Made by a program: the position numbers and the translations under genes. The notes beneath the pieces are model-generated. The model ran no database searches. It had not been told where the DNA came from and saw only the letters and a program-made list of their open reading frames with translations. A stretch of 64,000 nucleotides of DNA from a virus: positions 32,537 to 96,536 of the IMG/VR virus record IMGVR_UViG_3300005613_000021; one strand, given 5' to 3'. Of this stretch, positions 58,387 to 64,000 are shown in pieces (position 1 is the stretch's first letter; every line of letters starts with the position of its first letter).

Positions 58387-58765
58387 TATTTACTGCTCCT
58401 ATGAGAGTGTGTACTTCTTTTTCAGACAAATCACTAGACACCTCTAAAATAGCATTTTTTAATTCGTTTTTATATTTTTTGTAATCTGCTATACTCATTT
58501 TTTGTCTAATTATTTTTTTAAGTTTTAGGTTAGTATACCAACTGTTTTTTAATCCAAGAGATCTAAATTGTTCTTTATAAAACGAATCTAGATCATCGCC
58601 ATGTAATTCTTTTGTTTTGTTTTTTTGACATTCTTGAACAACCCTGATGGCTGTAAAACATATACTTATAACCATTAATAATGCTATTATGCTGCCAAAT
58701 TTTTGATCTGGTTTGATGCTGGTTTTATTAAGAATTTTTGTTCCTATAGTTTCTAGTTCCGTCAT
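58379..58765 (-). CDS. Membrane-anchored hypothetical protein
   Basis: One hydrophobic segment FGSIIALLMVISICFTAI. Confidence 0.65.
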   Translation of the reverse strand: MTELETIGTKILNKTSIKPDQKFGSIIALLMVISICFTAIRVVQECQKNKTKELHGDDLDSFYKEQFRSLGLKNSWYTNLKLKKIIRQKMSIADYKKYKNELKNAILEVSSDLSEKEVHTLIGAVNND

Positions 58766-58815
58766 AATGATTTAACCCTAGAGAATAATTCTAATAAGCA
58801 ATAAATAATACACCA

Positions 58816-59664
58816 TTATTCGTATTTTTTTCTATCGTCAAAATATTGAGCTATTTCTTTGATCAAGCTGGGCTTATATGGTATAGAATATAGGTTATTA
58901 TTATCCAATCTTAGGTCTTTTGAGGGAGTAAAGTTATGTTTTACAAGTATATTATTTCTTGAATGATATCCCCTATACTGTAATTTTCCGTGATATAAAT
59001 GTTCTAATGATCCTTGCACATAACCTATATTTCCCTGAACATTTTCATAACTATCCCATGCCCATAATAAAAATTCTTTTCTGTAAGGTGGCAATAAATC
59101 TATAATTGTCCTATGGTTCCACACACCCATCCAGACAAGTAATTGTAAAACATCAGAATTGCCTACAGGATCACAATCATAGAGATGATTATCTACAAGA
59201 ATATTTCTCCTAAACGCCCAAGCAAAGCCTATAGCGGGAAATTTTATGTCTAAGTTATCAACTATTTTTTTCCCTAAGCTATAATTATTGTGATAAGAAT
59301 TTATATATGGTTTTTCAAAACAGCGATCAAATAATTGAACAACTTTATATTCTGATAATGACTTTTCTGTTTGTTCTAGTAACAAATGGTTATGAAAAAT
59401 AACATCTGTGTCTACCCAAGCAATACTGTCTACTTGTGGAGGTAGTTCGTCTATTGCTATATTCAAACACCTTTCTTTTTGCCATAAAATATTATTATAG
59501 TCTGCATTTATTTTGATACTATCGTCTATAAAAAATTTTTGATTTGGAAGAGCTAACTCTACGGTGATAATATCGTAAGGAAATTTTTTTCGAAATTCTA
59601 TATAGTTATTTTTTATCTTGGTTGAGTTACTAAAATTAAAATAACAACATATAAACTTTAACAT
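58816..59664 (-). CDS. GT-A fold glycosyltransferase-like protein
   Basis: WQKERCLNIAI, WVDTDV (DxD), HLYHG. Confidence 0.7.
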   Translation of the reverse strand: MLKFICCYFNFSNSTKIKNNYIEFRKKFPYDIITVELALPNQKFFIDDSIKINADYNNILWQKERCLNIAIDELPPQVDSIAWVDTDVIFHNHLLLEQTEKSLSEYKVVQLFDRCFEKPYINSYHNNYSLGKKIVDNLDIKFPAIGFAWAFRRNILVDNHLYDCDPVGNSDVLQLLVWMGVWNHRTIIDLLPPYRKEFLLWAWDSYENVQGNIGYVQGSLEHLYHGKLQYRGYHSRNNILVKHNFTPSKDLRLDNNNLYSIPYKPSLIKEIAQYFDDRKKYE

Positions 59665-59970
59665 CTATCCTTTAAAGATTTTTGTCTTTGGTGAAAGACG
59701 CTCATCTTTACTCTCTGTTTGGATATTGGATTCTTTTTCTGGTTCACAATAGCCACAATCAACCTTAGCTATACCATCTCCACTAATATACCACCCCTTA
59801 CCTTTACATACAGGACAATCTTTGCGTTTGTGTTTTTTAATTTGTGGTTCTTGTTGCAATGAGGCTATTTTAGCTCCTACTAGTGTGACCACAGACAAAG
59901 TGCTATATTGGGAAACATTAGACGACAACATAACACTCGCAATCAATATAGAAAATAATATTGTTTTCAT
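59665..59970 (-). CDS. Secreted or membrane protein with DnaJ-type zinc finger
   Basis: Signal-peptide-like N-terminus; CPVCKGKG...CGYC. Confidence 0.7.
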   Translation of the reverse strand: MKTILFSILIASVMLSSNVSQYSTLSVVTLVGAKIASLQQEPQIKKHKRKDCPVCKGKGWYISGDGIAKVDCGYCEPEKESNIQTESKDERLSPKTKIFKG

Positions 59971-60131
59971 CTGTTAAATACCCTATCTAAAAGATCTTTA
60001 AGGGGTCTTTTTACTGGCTTAGGAGAAACTATATCTTTATTTTTGGTGGCAAATATTTTTATGATCGATAATATAAAATCGGTTATAATTTTAATAAATC
60101 TATTTAGAGCAACTTTATCTAAAAATTTCAT
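59967..60131 (-). CDS. 54-aa basic amphipathic protein missing from the ORF track
   Basis: MKFLDKVALNRFIKIITDFILSIIKIFATKNKDIVSPKPVKRPLKDLLDRVFNR*, with ATGA overlaps at both ends. Confidence 0.75.
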   Translation of the reverse strand: MKFLDKVALNRFIKIITDFILSIIKIFATKNKDIVSPKPVKRPLKDLLDRVFNR

Positions 60132-62071
60132 AAGTAATCTCCAAAACCGTAATCTGGAAGTTTTTGAGGAGGAAATCCATTAAAATCACTAAAGGCATAA
60201 GCTCCGTTTTGCCTTAACATACCTTCGGCCACATCGGCGTGTATTAAAAAAGAACCATCTGGGATAGGCCCCCATTCTGGATGACCGCCAGAGTTCCAGC
60301 TGTTGCCGCACCATACCGCCCTACCATTACGCCTAACATACATTATATGATTAGGTACTGTGGCGCAATAAATTTTACCATTATATGGCAATAATATCGG
60401 AGTTGTACCATTGGATTCTCTTGGTGTTAAAGATATTGCTTTAATGTTTAGCCTGTACTCTTTGTGTCTTGTGATGTTTTTATTGTTATTTTTACCATTA
60501 TCTCTTCCAATTCTATTAATCTCTATAATATCAGCAGCCATGCCTATTTTTAATATAAGTTCTTGCATGTCGTCGGCTAATTGTTTGGAAGATGTATAAA
60601 AATTCATTTTACCATTACTAATTGATCCGTCGCCTAACATAATAGCGTCAAAAAAAATCTTTTGTTGTCTGGAAGATAAGTCTTTCACATAATTAGGAAT
60701 ATGCTTTTGGTGTGCTTTACCAAATATTTTTAATTCGTTGTACAAAGACTTGTCATAACACACCATATTTTTAGAAAACTTAAACGGCAAATTATCTAAA
60801 CATTTTTTCATCATTAGTTGAGAATCTAGTTTGTATTGACTAATTCCAATATGACCATAACTTTTGGTTTCTCCACTAGATAATACTTTATTATGCAGGG
60901 ATGCGTGACCTTCTGATATAAAATAACCCAAAAACTCTAGCCATAAATCCATGGCAATGATGTGTTTGCCTATTTTAATATTTAATATTTCCTTACCGTT
61001 CCATTTAGCATTTTTTTTGATGTGTAAATACTTAGGACAATTTTTTGATTCAACTATACTCCAAGAGGCCGGATTGTCTAAATCTGAATGTAATTTACCA
61101 ATATACATGTTATGATTATCTGTGACAAGTAAATCAACGCCTCTGAAATGATAGTGATTTAAATAACCATTGTAATTATATTCAAATTTTTCTTGTATTT
61201 GTTGCCATTCTAGATTGTGATTATTGGGGTTGAGAGTAGCCAATATGTCGCTATCTGATAGATTTTTAAAAAATTTCCAACCTTCTTTAGTAAGTACCTC
61301 GGTATCATCTGAATAACAACCCCAAGAATTTTGAACTAAAAATGAAGGTTCTCCATCTGTATCATCACAAGCCGACCAGCACATCGCATGTGCCCATGAG
61401 CCACTTTTACGAGCAAACCCCTTAGAGTCTCTACGATTAGAAAATCCATAACTGGAACATACACTTAAACCATAACCATTAGCTAAAGCATCTCTAGCTT
61501 CTTCTACTGTTTTTATTAATGATACTGTTCTTATTTGATGATCATCTGCTAAATCTATAATATCATCCGGAATCCCTCTACTGCCCCACCCCTTACTAAG
61601 TCTTGGCTGATATTTTGTTAAATCAATGATACCAGGATAGTTTTTGCGTAATAGTATTCCTCCTGTTTTACTAACAAAAGTAGCGGCCCTAGAACAACTC
61701 ATCCCTTCTCCGCCGTGACCCCTAAATCCATAAATCCCCTCTGTTGCACCAAGAGATATCCAGCTTTCTTTGTCGCCCTTAATGTCTATCTCTACTGCTC
61801 TTGTTAAATCACAAGCATTCCTAGTTGCGAAACTTACACAATCCCCCTGCTGTTGCCTTGTTGTATAAGCGTTCTTATCAAATTTCAATACAGATTTAAA
61901 AGGTGTAGATAGCTTACCTTTTCCACTATCTTTAATACGCTTTGCTCCATCTTTAAAATAGGCGTATTTACTAGTCTCTATAAGTTCATCAAATATGTGC
62001 TGCTCCCACAAGCATCCACTAAAACCTTTACGATATTCGTTATAGAGTTGATCTGGTGTCATTCTTGGCAT
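60128..62071 (-). CDS. Papain-like (C1) cysteine peptidase interrupted by an intein
   Basis: QQQGDCVSFA (oxyanion Gln, catalytic Cys), WAHAM (His), LVQNSWG (Asn); extein resumes SWNSGG...DGSFLI. Confidence 0.85.
   Translation of the reverse strand: MPRMTPDQLYNEYRKGFSGCLWEQHIFDELIETSKYAYFKDGAKRIKDSGKGKLSTPFKSVLKFDKNAYTTRQQQGDCVSFATRNACDLTRAVEIDIKGDKESWISLGATEGIYGFRGHGGEGMSCSRAATFVSKTGGILLRKNYPGIIDLTKYQPRLSKGWGSRGIPDDIIDLADDHQIRTVSLIKTVEEARDALANGYGLSVCSSYGFSNRRDSKGFARKSGSWAHAMCWSACDDTDGEPSFLVQNSWGCYSDDTEVLTKEGWKFFKNLSDSDILATLNPNNHNLEWQQIQEKFEYNYNGYLNHYHFRGVDLLVTDNHNMYIGKLHSDLDNPASWSIVESKNCPKYLHIKKNAKWNGKEILNIKIGKHIIAMDLWLEFLGYFISEGHASLHNKVLSSGETKSYGHIGISQYKLDSQLMMKKCLDNLPFKFSKNMVCYDKSLYNELKIFGKAHQKHIPNYVKDLSSRQQKIFFDAIMLGDGSISNGKMNFYTSSKQLADDMQELILKIGMAADIIEINRIGRDNGKNNNKNITRHKEYRLNIKAISLTPRESNGTTPILLPYNGKIYCATVPNHIMYVRRNGRAVWCGNSWNSGGHPEWGPIPDGSFLIHADVAEGMLRQNGAYAFSDFNGFPPQKLPDYGFGDYL
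60302..61318 (-). mobile_element. Intein (339 aa) with LAGLIDADG homing endonuclease
   Basis: Block A CYSDDTEVLTKEGW, block B VTDNH, LAGLIDADG motifs FLGYFISEG and FFDAIMLGDG, TSSKQLADD, blocks F/G YNGKIYCATVPNHIMYVRRNGRAVWCGN/S. Confidence 0.95.
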
Positions 62072-62574
62072 TATTTACTACCCTCGTAAAAAGCCCAACT
62101 TAAAGCCCTAAAAGCATCACAGGCCTTTTTTCTCATGTTTTCATCTAATACCACATCGTCTTCTCCAATAGCTTCAACAATTAGTTCTTTGCAAGATTCT
62201 GCAAGATTTGGGTATTTATTTTTAATATTTAATCTAAGCATTTTACCAGCAAGACTGTTTGCTTCACGAATAGAGGCAGTATCTTTAATAACTTTATCAG
62301 TATTGTCTAATTCTATTAGTGTGGCCATATCACAATATAGTGAGGATAATTTTAGACAATCTAATCTTTTGGTAGAATCGTTTGATTCTTTTAGAACTGA
62401 AACCACAGACCGGGCTTTTTCTAATAAGGCTTCGTCGCTAGGGGCGTCTATAACATAGCTCTCTACAGCAGGAGTGGTCGGTTTTAAAATATCTGTGGGC
62501 GAGTACTTACCAAATAAACCAAAGCCTATTAAGACGATTCCAACAGCTAGCACTAATTTATTCTTCATTTTCAT
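62071..62574 (-). CDS. N-terminally membrane-anchored hypothetical protein
   Basis: KNKLVLAVGIVLIGFGLFG signal/anchor. Confidence 0.7.
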   Translation of the reverse strand: MKMKNKLVLAVGIVLIGFGLFGKYSPTDILKPTTPAVESYVIDAPSDEALLEKARSVVSVLKESNDSTKRLDCLKLSSLYCDMATLIELDNTDKVIKDTASIREANSLAGKMLRLNIKNKYPNLAESCKELIVEAIGEDDVVLDENMRKKACDAFRALSWAFYEGSK

Positions 62575-62965
62575 TCTCCTGCTTTAATCCTAAATCCTCA
62601 CAAACCATAGGAGAAAGATAAGGAAACATTTGATCTGCTACTTCAACAGCTTTTTTGCATCCGCTTTTTTCTGCTAAGTCTCTTGTTTGTTTCCATGAAA
62701 CTACTAGATCGAAAAATAAATTACGGTCTTCTACTTGCTCTTTAGAAGAATCTACAATTTCTTTTATTTTATCGGCTAAATTACTATCTGAATTATTTGA
62801 ATTTTTCCCTTTAAATTTATTAACAAAATCCAGGACCATTTTTTGTACCGGGCTCATTTGATCCTTAAATAGAATCCACAATACAACTCCTACACCTGCA
62901 TAAAGAGCCAAATCCGTTGGTCCTAAACTTCCGCTAAATTCCTCAAAACTTTGTGTGAAATTCAT
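62558..62965 (-). CDS. Single-TM hypothetical protein
   Basis: LALYAGVGVVLWILF. Confidence 0.7.
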   Translation of the reverse strand: MNFTQSFEEFSGSLGPTDLALYAGVGVVLWILFKDQMSPVQKMVLDFVNKFKGKNSNNSDSNLADKIKEIVDSSKEQVEDRNLFFDLVVSWKQTRDLAEKSGCKKAVEVADQMFPYLSPMVCEDLGLKQENENEE

Positions 62966-63435
62966 TCTACCCTCACTATATATTTAAGATTATTAAGAAA
63001 ATCTACTACTACTTTGCGTTCTGTGCTTACATTAGATTGTACACTAACTGGCTCTTTCGGTTTAAATACTCCAACTTGCCTAAATGTAGCCACCATAGCA
63101 TCAATACCAGAACCTACAAGAAGCATAAGAAAACTTTTAACATGACTATGTATTATTGGTTCAACTAAAGAATGAACCCACGGAATATCCACAACAGTAA
63201 AAATTTTGTCATAAAAACTACCTATTAATTCCAATGCTAGCTCTTTTTTCTCTGGACTACTAAGATTATCTCCTAGATTTTCAATAAGTTGAATAACAAC
63301 GGCGGTCAATAGTTGTAGTATTTTCCACACCTCGCTTAGTGCAAAGCTCTTAACTTCTGCTACAGACTTTTTTGTTTCTTCTATTAATTTTTCGATTTCT
63401 TCTCTAATAAGATCTTTTGTGCTTAATTCGCTCAT
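62962..63435 (-). CDS. Hypothetical helical, possibly membrane-associated protein
   Basis: 157 aa, amphipathic helices, SSPEKKELA. Confidence 0.65.
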   Translation of the reverse strand: MSELSTKDLIREEIEKLIEETKKSVAEVKSFALSEVWKILQLLTAVVIQLIENLGDNLSSPEKKELALELIGSFYDKIFTVVDIPWVHSLVEPIIHSHVKSFLMLLVGSGIDAMVATFRQVGVFKPKEPVSVQSNVSTERKVVVDFLNNLKYIVRVE

Positions 63436-63444
63436 TTTTATACC

Positions 63445-63930
63445 TCATACAATAATGTATTTTTTAATATCTTGAAATATGTAATCTCCAACGCCACTAA
63501 CTTTAATTAAATCTTCTGGTTCTTTAAACTTGCCATTTTCAATACGATATTCTACTATTTTTTGGGCTGTTGCTGGGCCGATACGAGGTAGTTGAATTAG
63601 TTCTCCTATTCCCGCTGTATTTATATTAATTACCTTAAGGTTTTTGTCTACCCCTACATAATCTTCTAATTCTTTTTTGAGATTTTCCTGCTCTTTTTGC
63701 TTGGTTTTCTCTTCTTCTATTTTTTCTTCTTTTCGTTTTTTGATATATCTAGCCAAAATGAATGCTTGTCCACCCAATAATATGACGCTCTCTACCACAT
63801 GAGTAAATACATCGGTTAAGTCATCTTTTGTGTCTGGTTCTTGTATTACTCCAAAAAGAAATAGTCCGCTCATTATGAAGCTAACGAGAGTATACCAGAA
63901 TTCACTAGTTTTATAGGATGCTTTTCTCAT
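63445..63930 (-). CDS. Two-TM protein fused to a ComEA-like helix-hairpin-helix DNA-binding domain
   Basis: KTSEFW followed by two hydrophobic segments; ININTA...LIQLPRIGPATAQKIVEYR...GKF...DLIKVSGVG. Confidence 0.85.
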   Translation of the reverse strand: MRKASYKTSEFWYTLVSFIMSGLFLFGVIQEPDTKDDLTDVFTHVVESVILLGGQAFILARYIKKRKEEKIEEEKTKQKEQENLKKELEDYVGVDKNLKVININTAGIGELIQLPRIGPATAQKIVEYRIENGKFKEPEDLIKVSGVGDYIFQDIKKYIIV

Positions 63931-63940
63931 AATGTATTAT

Positions 63941-63947
63941 ATACACC
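63941..63947 (-). promoter_or_regulatory. GGTGTAT motif, candidate phage promoter element (also 58808-58814, 55256-55262, 40088-40094, 31638-31644)
   Basis: Same 7-mer on the coding strand in three short intergenic spacers and upstream of two more gene starts, each followed by AT-rich sequence. Confidence 0.45.
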
Positions 63948-64000
63948 AAAAGTCGAAAGGAGGACGCTCCGCTAGACGACGCCCCACTTGGTCAGCAGGT

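Noticed and set aside
30334-63145. Short + strand and alternate-frame ORFs within the - strand block (e.g. 39447-39953, 47831-48253, 51100-51498)
   Set aside because: Fully overlap well-supported genes; Phe/Leu/Ser-rich composition expected from antisense of Lys/Glu-rich coding DNA
1-64000. Stop-codon reassignment (alternative genetic code)
   Set aside because: Genes tile densely under the standard code and TAA, TAG and TGA all end genes at sensible positions

Overview
AT-rich, gene-dense segment of a large tailed dsDNA phage genome, standard genetic code; I found no tRNA, rRNA or CRISPR array. Bases 1-29455 (+ strand) are a tail morphogenesis module: small pre-tape-measure genes, a 3956-aa tape measure protein (TMP), a fibre-like protein, two ~500-aa tail proteins, a 1940-aa cadherin/SprB-repeat adhesin and a 1272-aa hub-like protein. 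Bases 29452-63930 (- strand) carry a Cys/Pro/Thr-rich protein, two glycan-modification clusters, a bacterial-type replisome (SSB, DnaE, DnaQ-like exonuclease, primase, DnaB, RecA), nucleotide metabolism genes (class II RNR, dCMP deaminase, dNMP kinase, PhoH), several nucleases and a membrane/protease cassette. Most notable: (1) DnaE is encoded in three pieces, the last two joined by a naturally split intein whose halves flank a Vsr-like homing endonuclease with a hairpin-masked start; (2) a full LAGLIDADG intein sits in the catalytic NSWG motif of a papain-like cysteine protease; (3) the TMP looks like a modular polyprotein, with five copies of a conserved GG...GE(F/Y)V module bracketing cargo regions, one resembling a PD-(D/E)xK nuclease. 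All family calls come from motif recognition by eye; no database searches were run.
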